Positions 1-8,669 of a stretch of 64,000 bases of DNA are shown here, in pieces. Location: NCBI GenBank assembly GCA_045645405.1, contig JAZRIQ010000044.1, forward strand, positions 12,152 to 76,151, written 5' to 3'. The DNA comes from Eubacteriales bacterium. Lineage in GTDB: Bacteria > Bacillota > Clostridia > Oscillospirales > CAG-272. The translations under genes and the position numbers were made by a program. Numbering within the stretch: the first letter of the stretch is position 1; every line of letters starts with the position of its first letter. The notes beneath the pieces were generated by a model. It was not told the origin of the DNA, did no database searches, and saw only the letters and a list, made by a program, of their open reading frames with translations.

Positions 1-1572
1 ACTTAACAAGGTTATTTAAAAGAATAACGTAGTCAGTTACCATTACAGGAAGTGACGTGTGGTTAAGGTCAAAGCTTGTTATAACCATACGAATACCGTC
101 TGATGTACCTGCAATAAGTGCAGGCTGGTTTCCGTCACAGGAGAAAATCTTTTCGAAGTTATCTCCGTGAGTCATAGTTCTGTAAATACCTAAATCAATT
201 GATTCAAGATTCTTTGTAATAGTTTCAAAGGTATCTGTCTTTGACTGTGAAGCAAGAATCATAGAGTATGCGCCTCTATTGGTTTCTTCACTGATAGTAA
301 CGCCCGGAACCACGTCAGGAATGGTCTTTGGATTTATCATCCATACCGCACCGTCGCTCGGGAAGTCCTCACCTGTTGGAGGCTCAACACATTCAAAGAT
401 ATAAAGGTCGTATCCCTTCAACGCGCCCTTTGTATTAAGCGCTGCTTCAACGCTTGTAAACATATCCTCTGTCTTTACGATAAAGCCATTAGATGCAAGA
501 GCTGTGTGGAAGGTAGTCGGCTTCGTTGTATCAATTCCGCCGCTTTCAGTAGTTTTAAATTTGTTACTGATAAAGAGAATTCTTGGTGATGAAATCTCTT
601 CAGAGAATAAATAGAAGGTGTTATCCGCTTGGATACCGTCGTCTTTAGACTCAGCTATAACCTTTACGCTACTGTAATTTTTAATTTGGTCAATTCTTAC
701 TACTACCTGATTATCAGTTTCTTCTACAAGCAAATCAGGGGTAAATACTACTTTTACAACGCCGCCCTCACTCATATTAGTGTTAGGGAGAACAACGTTT
801 TTAGAGCCCATAAATTTGTCATCAACGAAGATACCAACTGAACAGGTAGAGCCTCTGCCGTAGCTTACAACCTCTGCTGTATATTGGTAATTGCCTGTGA
901 TAAGCTTTTCGTCTGTTACTGACAAAATAGATACGTTAAATTCGCCGGTTCTTGAAATATTAACAACCTCAAGACCGTCTGCATTCTCATAATCCTTGTC
1001 GGTTATGAGCTTAATAGTAGCTCCGGCGTTTTGCTCTTGAATTTTACTTGCTTCCTCAAGAGCGCCCTCAATATCAGAATCACCGTCAGTACAGATGATG
1101 TCCTCAAGGCTGTATCCTAAGCTGATTTTGTTATCGCTTCTTGATATAAGAACATCCTCAGGGTCAACGCTTGAATCGGCGTAAATAACAGAAACTCTGC
1201 TATTGCTGCCTATTCCGCTTGCCTCGTTAACGATATATTCCTTTGCTACATCAAAGCGAGTTTTTCCTTCGTGAAGCGTCTGCATGCTTGCAGAGGCATC
1301 AAGAATGTAAATTGTTTCATTTGATTTTAACGGTTTAACAGTTGGCCTTGCAATGGACAAGCTGCTTGCTACAACCGTTAGTATTTGTAATATGAGCAAT
1401 AATGAAAGAATAATGCTCAGTGGAATTTTACGCTTAACATACTTTAAGCTTCTTTTCCAAATAAACGTACTGGCAACCGGTTTTTGTACGTACCTTGACT
1501 TTATTATGTAAATTATAATAATGATAGGTACGGCAATTAGTCCCAGTAATCCTAAAGGTTGTAAAAAACTCA
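1..1572 (-). CDS. BatA-like von Willebrand factor A (VWA) domain membrane protein, C-terminus cut by window edge
   Basis: Not in the ORF track because it runs off the window. The ATG at 1572-1570 overlaps the DUF58 stop (ATGA). My translation begins MSFLQPLGLLGLIAVPIIIIIYIIKSRYVQKPVASTFIWKRS (Bat-type N-terminal TM). A second TM follows, then IYILDASASMQ (DxSxS MIDAS motif). The frame stays open to position 1. Confidence 0.7.
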
Positions 1573-2457
1573 TTTGATTACTTCCGCTTCAAAGCCCTTT
1601 CCAAAGATTACCTGTTCAATAGCATCACTTGATGATACTGTAAAGAACGTTACGCCTCTTGATGCACAGAAGTCGATAAGTTCCTTTTCATAATCGTCAA
1701 GTGCCTGTTGATAGGCTTGCATTGATTTCTTGGTTACCATCATCTTCATGTTTCTGTCAGCACTCTCGGAGTCCTGCATATCAACACGACCGTCAAAGCC
1801 GGGATATAATTCATCAGGAGATAATACCTGAATCATCATAATCTCTCTACGTCTGTAAACCAAGTAATCTATCATTTTTTTCCAGTTACTCTCTGTAAAA
1901 AAGTCAGAGATAATTATAGTAAGACCGTCGTCATGTCCCGGCTTGGCAATGTTAAGTACCGATCTTTCAAGATCTGTATCGCCCTCAAATTCAGTTGTTT
2001 CAAGAATTTGAGCAGCGCGATAGAACGAATCCTTGCTCGTTACGTCGAAAGGTAACTCTTGAGCTACATTTCCTTTTAAGAGCTTAAAGGATACTTTATC
2101 CATTGAGCAAACCGAAAGGTATCCAAATGCTGCCGCTATTCTCAACGCCGCGGTAGCCTTATCGGGGCTTCCAAACGCCATTGACATTGAGCAGTCAATC
2201 AAAATATGATTTTGCATCTGTCTTTCATCTGTGAACAGCTTGATGAAGTATTTTTCGAAACGCGCATATACGTTCCAGTCAATACGTCTGATATCGTCAC
2301 CGGGGAAATATTCACGGAAGTCTGCAAATTCAACGGTATTACCGTAGCTTCTTGCTTTTCTTGTACCTCCGAAAAATCCCGTCATTTGAGATTTAAGACA
2401 AAGAGCGGCGGCATCAAGACGGTCCAAAAATTCACCGTCTAATATTCTTCTTTTCAT
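1570..2457 (-). CDS. DUF58 family protein (VWA-like, MoxR-associated)
   Basis: 295 aa. Contains FADFREYFPGDDIRRIDWNVYAR, the typical DUF58 signature. Sits between the MoxR ATPase and the VWA protein. Confidence 0.8.
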   Translation of the reverse strand: MKRRILDGEFLDRLDAAALCLKSQMTGFFGGTRKARSYGNTVEFADFREYFPGDDIRRIDWNVYARFEKYFIKLFTDERQMQNHILIDCSMSMAFGSPDKATAALRIAAAFGYLSVCSMDKVSFKLLKGNVAQELPFDVTSKDSFYRAAQILETTEFEGDTDLERSVLNIAKPGHDDGLTIIISDFFTESNWKKMIDYLVYRRREIMMIQVLSPDELYPGFDGRVDMQDSESADRNMKMMVTKKSMQAYQQALDDYEKELIDFCASRGVTFFTVSSSDAIEQVIFGKGFEAEVIK

Positions 2458-2469
2458 TTTTACCGCCTA

Positions 2470-3657
2470 TTATTTCTTCTTTTTGTCAAATACTGCTGCT
2501 GCCTTGCTTACATTGTTAAGCTCTGCGATAATTGAGTTTACTACGTCATCAGCTGACATCTTTGATGTAACTGCTTCGAAGCCAAGCTTAATTCTATGAC
2601 GAAGAACAGGTGCTGCAAGTGTGTTGATATCGTCATAGGAAATATTGTATCTGCCCTTCATAAGAGCGCGAACCTTTGCTGCTGTGATAAGAGCCTGAGC
2701 CGCACGAGGTGAAGCACCGTCACGGATGTATCTCTTAGCTGTTTCTGTTGCCATTTCGCTGTTTGCGTGAGTTGAAGCTACCATTACCATTGCATACTCG
2801 AGAACCTCTGATGCAACCGGAATCTTCTTAGCAACCTCTCTCATTCTGAGAAGTTCTTCGCCGTTACAAGCTGCGCAAGCTGTTTCATCCATGGTCTTCT
2901 GTGTCATTGATACGATCTGACCAAGCTCTTCGGCAGAAGGATTAGGAACTAAAATTTTGAACATGAAACGGTCCATCTGAGCTTCAGGAAGTGGGTATGT
3001 ACCATCTTGCTCAATTGGGTTCTGTGTTGCAAGAACGAAGAATGGCTCGTCCATCTTACGTGTAACGCCCATTACAGTTACCTTATGCTCCTGCATGGCC
3101 TCAAGTAAAGCCGCCTGTGTCTTTGGCGTAGCACGGTTAATTTCGTCGGCAAGAACGATGTTACTGAAGATAGGACCCTTTTGGAATTCGAACTTTGAGT
3201 TACCGTCTTCGTCTCTTGTGATGATGTTTGTACCTGTTACGTCGGCTGGCATAAGGTCAGGTGTAAACTGGATACGTGAGAATGGAAGATCGAAAACTTG
3301 ACCGAGTGAACGAACAAGACGAGTCTTACCAAGACCTGGCGCACCTTCGAGAAGTACGTTACCGCCTGCGATGATAGCGATAATTGTCTGTTGAACAACC
3401 TCTGTTTGACCGATAATATCCTTTTTAACCTCTTGGAAAATCTTTTCGCACTTTTCAGCAAAAAGCTTTAATTCCTTTTCTGCTGCAGCGTCAAGCTTTG
3501 ATACAGGAGCCTTTGGAGCTTCCTTTGTTTCTGCCTTTGTCTCTACCTTTGCATCAGCCTTAGCGTCTTCTTTAACCTCAGCCTTTGCTTCTTCTACAGG
3601 TGCATTTACCTTTTCTTCAGCAATTTTTGCTTCATTATTCTTATTAAATAATCCCAT
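2470..3657 (-). CDS. MoxR-family AAA+ ATPase with a low-complexity K/A/E-rich N-terminal extension
   Basis: Walker A is GAPGLGKT and Walker B is VLADEINRA. The core reads PFFVLATQNPIEQDGTYPLPEAQMDRF. About 60 aa of KAEVKEDAKADAKVETKAETKEAPK precede the core. SD GGAGAAAG lies upstream. Confidence 0.88.
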   Translation of the reverse strand: MGLFNKNNEAKIAEEKVNAPVEEAKAEVKEDAKADAKVETKAETKEAPKAPVSKLDAAAEKELKLFAEKCEKIFQEVKKDIIGQTEVVQQTIIAIIAGGNVLLEGAPGLGKTRLVRSLGQVFDLPFSRIQFTPDLMPADVTGTNIITRDEDGNSKFEFQKGPIFSNIVLADEINRATPKTQAALLEAMQEHKVTVMGVTRKMDEPFFVLATQNPIEQDGTYPLPEAQMDRFMFKILVPNPSAEELGQIVSMTQKTMDETACAACNGEELLRMREVAKKIPVASEVLEYAMVMVASTHANSEMATETAKRYIRDGASPRAAQALITAAKVRALMKGRYNISYDDINTLAAPVLRHRIKLGFEAVTSKMSADDVVNSIIAELNNVSKAAAVFDKKKK

Positions 3658-3749
3658 AATCTTTCTCCGTATATAATATATTATTTTATTTATTATTCTT
3701 AGCCCTCAGGTATGCAAAATGCATATCTGAGAGCTAAATATAACCTAAA

Positions 3750-6700
3750 TTATTGTTCGTCCTGGCTATTTTTGCCTGAAACTGTCTGGAAGTACATTTG
3801 AATAGCGTTGTACTCTTCCTCAGTTAACTGTCTGTCGAACATCTTCTCAAGCTCTTCCTCAAAGTTTTCAGGTGTTAAGGTTGAGAAGTCAATAATGCCT
3901 AAACCGCTAATATAAACAGTTTCCTCATAATCAGAAGGTTGCTTTCCGTCAAGACCGCCCTCTTCAGGATTTTCCGGTGATGGTGTTGGAGCAGGTGTAG
4001 GCTCCTCTTCCTTAGGCTCTTCTTCGCCTTGAGAAGGTTGTTCCTCAGGCTTTTCTTCCGGTGGTGGGGTTGATCCCATCAAGCTTTCCTGAGTTTCTTC
4101 CATTCTGTCAACCATATCCTGTGCTGCATCTTGATTCTGTTGATTCTGCTGCATCTGATTTTCGAGCTTTTCCATAGCATCGTCAAGAGCTTCGTCAGCC
4201 TTATCCTTTGCTTCCTCGTCCTTTTCTTCTGTGCCGTCAGGAATCTTTGATGCATCTAAAAATTCTTTAGCCAATTCATCGAAAACTCCGGACATCTCCT
4301 TGTCTTCCATTTCATTAGCAGCATCCTTGAAGTCATTAGCCATATCTTCAAGCTTTTCTTGAAGCTCTGATCCGGAAAGATCCTCATACTCGCTCTTAAG
4401 GTCGTTCATAGCGTCCTTCATAGCGTCAGTATCGTTCTTTTCCATTGCGTCTGCAAGATTTTCGAATTTATCCTTAAGAGCGTCGCTTGCATCGTCCTGC
4501 TTTGCTTGCTCCTGGTCAAGGATATCTTGAATTTCTTGCTTTGCATCGTTGATAGCGCTGTTGATTTCCATGTTGGAAGCGTCGTTCTCAAGCATGTTTT
4601 CAAGGTCTTGCTTAAGGTCGTCAAGAACGCTTTCCATCTTGTCGTGTGCTTCCTCGCTTACTTTATCCTCAGCGTCTTTTACGATTTCCTCAAGGTCCTC
4701 GATAAGGTCGCTAACTTCCTTCTTTGTTTCGCCAACTAATTGGTCACGAAGATCATCAAGACTTTCGTAAACATCCTCAAGAACCTCTTCCTTTTCCATA
4801 GCGTCGGTAATTTCATCCTTAGCCTGTTCAAAGGTGTCCTCGATGGTCTGGTCAACTTCTTCCTGTGATGCGTTGCTCTCTGCCTTTTCCGCTACGTTTT
4901 CGAGGTTTTCCTTGAAGTTTTCAAGAGCGTCCTTCATATCGGAATCTTGAACGTCCTTCATAGCGTCCTCGATCATATCAGCCATATCCTGAGAGTCCTT
5001 AGCTTGGTCTGTGGACTGAAGAAGGTCTTCCTTCATTTGGTCAAGAGCCTCTTCAACCTTTTCCTTGTCGCCTGACTCAATAGCGTCAGCCAAGTCCTTC
5101 ATATCTTCCTTTGTTTGCTCTTCAGCGCTTTCATTCTTGTCTGCGGCATCCTTCATGTTTTCAGCGATTTCTTCACGCTTTTCTTCTTCCTGCTTTAATG
5201 CCTCGTCAATCTTATCCTGCGCATCCTTAACAGCCTCTTCCTTAGCCTCTGTCTTTTCCTCGTCAGTCTTTGTTTCATCCTTCTTGATTTCATCAACTGT
5301 GCTTTCGAGGTCCTCAAGTACGTCGTTTAACTCGTCCTTTTCGGATTGATCAAGCTCGGAATCTGCGATTTCTTCTTTATTGTCTTGGATTGTATCGTCA
5401 ATAGCCTTATCCTCTTCGCCAACCAAGTCTTCCTGGAGCTGGTCAAGAGTATCGGCAATTTCTTCCTTCAATTGGTTTTCGTCAACGATTTCCTGAAGGT
5501 CCTTGTTTGCTTCCATCATCGCATCGTTGATTTCTTGCTTATAGTCGTCCTCTGTCTTGTTAGGATCGTTTAAGGATTCCTTTGCCTCCTCAAGGTTCTG
5601 CTTGAGGTCCTCAAGAGCTTGCTCAAGATTTGACTTATCTTGGTCGATAGCCTCTTCCATCTGCTCCTGCTTTTCCTGCTCGGTAAGGTTTTCATCCTTC
5701 ATAATCTCTTCGAGTTGATCCTTAAGCTCAGGGCTTTCATTACGAATGGCTTCCTCTATTTGCTCCTGCTTTTCCTGCTCGGTAAGAGTGTCATTTTGCA
5801 TAATGTCCTGAATTTGCTCTTTAAGCTCTTGCTCGTCCTTATTGATAGCATCCTCGATTGCGTCTTGAATCTGGTCAATAAGCTCTTGCTTTTCTTCGTT
5901 TGTAAGATTTTCGTCAGTTAACTGCTCTTCCATCTTTTCAAGAGCGTCGGAAATTTCCTGCTTATCCTGCTGGTCAAGAGCATCTGCCAAGTCCTCAGTG
6001 GTTTCATCCTTCTTAAGCTCGTCGATAATCTCTTGGTCCTTTTGAAGCTCGTCTTGAAGCTCCTCTTCTTTTTCTCTGATTTCCTCGTAAACCTCTTCAA
6101 GCTTATCCTCGATTGTTTCTTCTTTTTCAAGTGGATCGTTTAACATATCCTCGAGTTCCTGCTTGAAATCTTCAAACTCCTCTTGAAGCTCCTCTTTGGT
6201 TTCCTCGTCAACCTCTGACTCCTCGATTTCCTTTTGAATTTCTTCAATAGCCTGTTCGATTTTTTCAAGATAGTCCTGAATTTCTTCAACTTCTTCCGCC
6301 TTAACGGGGATTAAGAAAAGAAGCAAGATAGCAACTATCATCGCTACACAAGAAATAAGTGTTCTGTTAGGTGTTTTCACCTTAAGATTCTTGGAATCTA
6401 ATTTCTCAAGTCTTTTCTGTGTGTCTTCTCTTTGCACCTTTGCAACGTATGATTTATCCTTACGGTACTCCATCATAGTTGTGAAACGCTCGTCAAGACC
6501 TAAAGAGTCAATTCTCTTCGCAACCTTGTCTGCGTTTGTGGCATAACGTTTTTTGTAGGTGATTACGCCCATTGTCAGCATGCAAGCAACGCCTGCACCG
6601 ATTGATAACCAGATTGTAAGCGGCGACTTCATATCTGATTTCAAAATAAATCTGAAAAATGCCGCAAGCACCATTGTTAAAGCTGAACCGAAGAACAAAC

Positions 6701-6776
6701 CTGTTGCACAAGCTCTAACTAAAGCCTCAAGGACAACCTTTCTTTTAAAGGGCTTCATCAAATTCTTAAAATCCAT
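3750..6776 (-). CDS. Giant acidic (E/D/K-rich) coiled-coil membrane protein, function unknown
   Basis: The ORF track gives 3750-6800. I prefer the second ATG (MDFKNLMKPF) because AAGGAGG lies 6 nt upstream. It has three predicted TM segments near the N-terminus and then about 800 aa of charged low-complexity repeats. A P/E-rich linker and a small C-terminal globular tail follow. Confidence 0.6.
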   Translation of the reverse strand: MDFKNLMKPFKRKVVLEALVRACATGLFFGSALTMVLAAFFRFILKSDMKSPLTIWLSIGAGVACMLTMGVITYKKRYATNADKVAKRIDSLGLDERFTTMMEYRKDKSYVAKVQREDTQKRLEKLDSKNLKVKTPNRTLISCVAMIVAILLLFLIPVKAEEVEEIQDYLEKIEQAIEEIQKEIEESEVDEETKEELQEEFEDFKQELEDMLNDPLEKEETIEDKLEEVYEEIREKEEELQDELQKDQEIIDELKKDETTEDLADALDQQDKQEISDALEKMEEQLTDENLTNEEKQELIDQIQDAIEDAINKDEQELKEQIQDIMQNDTLTEQEKQEQIEEAIRNESPELKDQLEEIMKDENLTEQEKQEQMEEAIDQDKSNLEQALEDLKQNLEEAKESLNDPNKTEDDYKQEINDAMMEANKDLQEIVDENQLKEEIADTLDQLQEDLVGEEDKAIDDTIQDNKEEIADSELDQSEKDELNDVLEDLESTVDEIKKDETKTDEEKTEAKEEAVKDAQDKIDEALKQEEEKREEIAENMKDAADKNESAEEQTKEDMKDLADAIESGDKEKVEEALDQMKEDLLQSTDQAKDSQDMADMIEDAMKDVQDSDMKDALENFKENLENVAEKAESNASQEEVDQTIEDTFEQAKDEITDAMEKEEVLEDVYESLDDLRDQLVGETKKEVSDLIEDLEEIVKDAEDKVSEEAHDKMESVLDDLKQDLENMLENDASNMEINSAINDAKQEIQDILDQEQAKQDDASDALKDKFENLADAMEKNDTDAMKDAMNDLKSEYEDLSGSELQEKLEDMANDFKDAANEMEDKEMSGVFDELAKEFLDASKIPDGTEEKDEEAKDKADEALDDAMEKLENQMQQNQQNQDAAQDMVDRMEETQESLMGSTPPPEEKPEEQPSQGEEEPKEEEPTPAPTPSPENPEEGGLDGKQPSDYEETVYISGLGIIDFSTLTPENFEEELEKMFDRQLTEEEYNAIQMYFQTVSGKNSQDEQ

Positions 6777-6809
6777 ATTTACCTCCTTCAAGTAAACCAT
6801 TTCTTATAT

Positions 6810-6838
6810 ATTATAGCACTTTAATTTGTCGTTTGCAA
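6810..6838 (-). promoter_or_regulatory. Sigma-70-like promoter for the acidic-protein/MoxR operon
   Basis: Minus strand reads TTGCAA, 17 nt, TATAAT. It ends about 35 nt upstream of the ATG at 6776. Confidence 0.5.
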
Positions 6839-7267
6839 CAATTATTGATTTTTGTTGCCGACATTGAAAAAATTTTGGCAAATTGCACAATCTTTCGATT
6901 TGATTTGCTTTTTTTAGATTTTGGTAATTGTGAAATTTAACCAAAAGCTGTGTTTGATGAATGAACTAAAACGTCATTTTGCGTCTTGCTTTGCAAAAAT
7001 GCTCAAGGGACGCCGCCTTGGCACTCTGTATTTTTCGTAATCACCTCTTTGCTCGCATTTTCGTTATACGGATTTTCACGGAACGCAGCTTTATGGGCTG
7101 CTGCGTTCCTCGCACTAACAATATATCACAAAAAAGTCACAAATTGTTGATTTTGGAAAAACATTCAAGACCAATTCACCTCTTTTTCAGCTTGTTCACA
7201 TTTCTTTCACATAACACTAAAAAATTGCCCCTATTTTTTCGTTCAAAGCACTTTTTTCGAACAAAAA

Positions 7268-7308
7268 AGCTCATATTTTTTGCAGTCTAAGCGCAAAAAA
7301 TATGAGCA
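7268..7308 (-). terminator. Rho-independent terminator after fnlC
   Basis: 15-bp stem GCTCATATTTTTTGC / GCAAAAAATATGAGC. On the minus strand it is followed by TTTTTTG. Confidence 0.7.
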
Positions 7309-7314
7309 ATTTTA

Positions 7315-8499
7315 TTAGAATTTTCTCCAAACCATCTTATTCACTACTCCTGTGTAGGACTGAATAATTTTAACAACCTTTGTTGAAACGTTTTCGTCAG
7401 TATAGTCGGGAACGGGAATACCGTTATCGCCGCTATCGTTCAAATCTACGGCTGTCGTAACTGCCTGAAGGAGAGATTTTTCATCAATTCCCGCAAGCAC
7501 GAAGCAAGCCTTATCAAGTGCCTCGGGGCGCTCCGTTGAGGTTCTTATGCAAACTGCAGGGAAGGGATTTCCAACGCTTGTAAAGAAGCTGCTTTCCTCC
7601 GGAAGCGTTCCGCTGTCTGACACTACGCAGTATGCGTTCATTTGAAGATTATTGTAATCGTGGAAGCCTAAAGGCTCGTTGCGGATTACGCGCTCATCAA
7701 GAACAAAGCCCGTTGCTTCAAGGCGTTTTCTTGAGCGAGGATGGCAGGAGTAAAGAATAGGCATATCATACTTCTTTGCAAGCGCGTTAATTGCGTTAAA
7801 AAGGGATAGAAAATTCTTTTCAGTATCAATATTTTCCTCTCTGTGAGCGGATAAAAGAATGTATTTTTTCTTCTCAAGTCCCAATTTTTCAAGTATATTT
7901 GATGCCTTGATTTCCTCAAGATTACTATGCAAAACCTCTGCCATAGGAGAGCCTGTTACATAAGTTCTTTCCTTTGGCAAGCCACATTCGTGAAGATATT
8001 TTCTTGCATGCTCGGAATACGCCAGGTTAACGTCGGAAATAATATCTACAATACGTCTGTTTGTTTCCTCGGGCAAGCACTCGTCCTTACAACGATTTCC
8101 CGCCTCCATATGAAAAATAGGGATATGCAATCTTTTTGCGGAAATTGCAGACAAGCAGGAGTTTGTGTCCCCAAGTATCAAAAGAGCATCGGGCTTGATT
8201 TGGTTCATAAGCTTATAGGAGCAATTGATGATATTGCCAACCGTCGCACCAAGGTCGTCACCCACTGCGTCCATATAAACCTCGGGATTGTCAAGCTTCA
8301 AATCTCTGAAGAAAATTCCGTTAAGATTGTAATCATAGTTTTGTCCGGTGTGCGCAAGAATGCAATCAAAATGCCTTCTGCACTTGTTAATAACGGCGGC
8401 AAGACGGATGATTTCAGGTCTTGTTCCTACAATAATAAGTAACTTTAATCTACCGTCATTCTTAAATTGAATATCTGAATAGTCTAATTTTATATCCAT
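7315..8499 (-). CDS. fnlC: UDP-N-acetylglucosamine 2-epimerase (non-hydrolysing), FnlC/Cap5G type
   Basis: 394 aa. N-terminus LLIIVGTRPEIIRLAAVI, plus HTGQNYD and LGDTNS epimerase motifs. Lies in a cluster with the CapE- and CapF-like genes. Confidence 0.8.
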   Translation of the reverse strand: MDIKLDYSDIQFKNDGRLKLLIIVGTRPEIIRLAAVINKCRRHFDCILAHTGQNYDYNLNGIFFRDLKLDNPEVYMDAVGDDLGATVGNIINCSYKLMNQIKPDALLILGDTNSCLSAISAKRLHIPIFHMEAGNRCKDECLPEETNRRIVDIISDVNLAYSEHARKYLHECGLPKERTYVTGSPMAEVLHSNLEEIKASNILEKLGLEKKKYILLSAHREENIDTEKNFLSLFNAINALAKKYDMPILYSCHPRSRKRLEATGFVLDERVIRNEPLGFHDYNNLQMNAYCVVSDSGTLPEESSFFTSVGNPFPAVCIRTSTERPEALDKACFVLAGIDEKSLLQAVTTAVDLNDSGDNGIPVPDYTDENVSTKVVKIIQSYTGVVNKMVWRKF

Positions 8500-8526
8500 T
8501 TGTATTTACTCCTTCGTCGTAAAACA

Positions 8527-8566
8527 GCCGTCAGCCGTTAGCCGTCAGCCGTTAGCAAGATTTGAT
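8527..8566 (+). repeat. Solo heptamer-repeat arm (copy A)
   Basis: Reads GCCGTCA GCCGTTA GCCGTCA GCCGTTA then GCAAGATTTGATTATTGAT. No partner arm is detected nearby. Confidence 0.75.
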
Positions 8567-8582
8567 TATTGATTTTCTAACC

Positions 8583-8667
8583 CTAATCACGCAAAGCGTG
8601 TATGGAATCAATGCAAAGCGTTGTATGAAATCCGCACGTGGTGCGGTGTGGAATCAACCAAAGATTG
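8583..8667 (+). repeat. Array of four about 22-nt hairpin-plus-linker units
   Basis: Opens with CTAATCACG. The hairpins are CACGC-aaa-GCGTG, CAATGC-aaa-GCGTTG, CCGCAC-gtg-GTGCGG and a weak CAAcc-aaa-gaTTG. Linkers are TATGGAAT, TATGAAAT and TGTGGAAT. Confidence 0.7.
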
Positions 8668-8669
8668 TA

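Noticed and set aside
6979-7290. 103-aa plus-strand ORF in the large intergenic spacer
   Set aside because: Its composition is low-complexity (F/L/R-rich), it has no SD, and it spans hairpins and the fnlC terminator. It is most likely non-coding.
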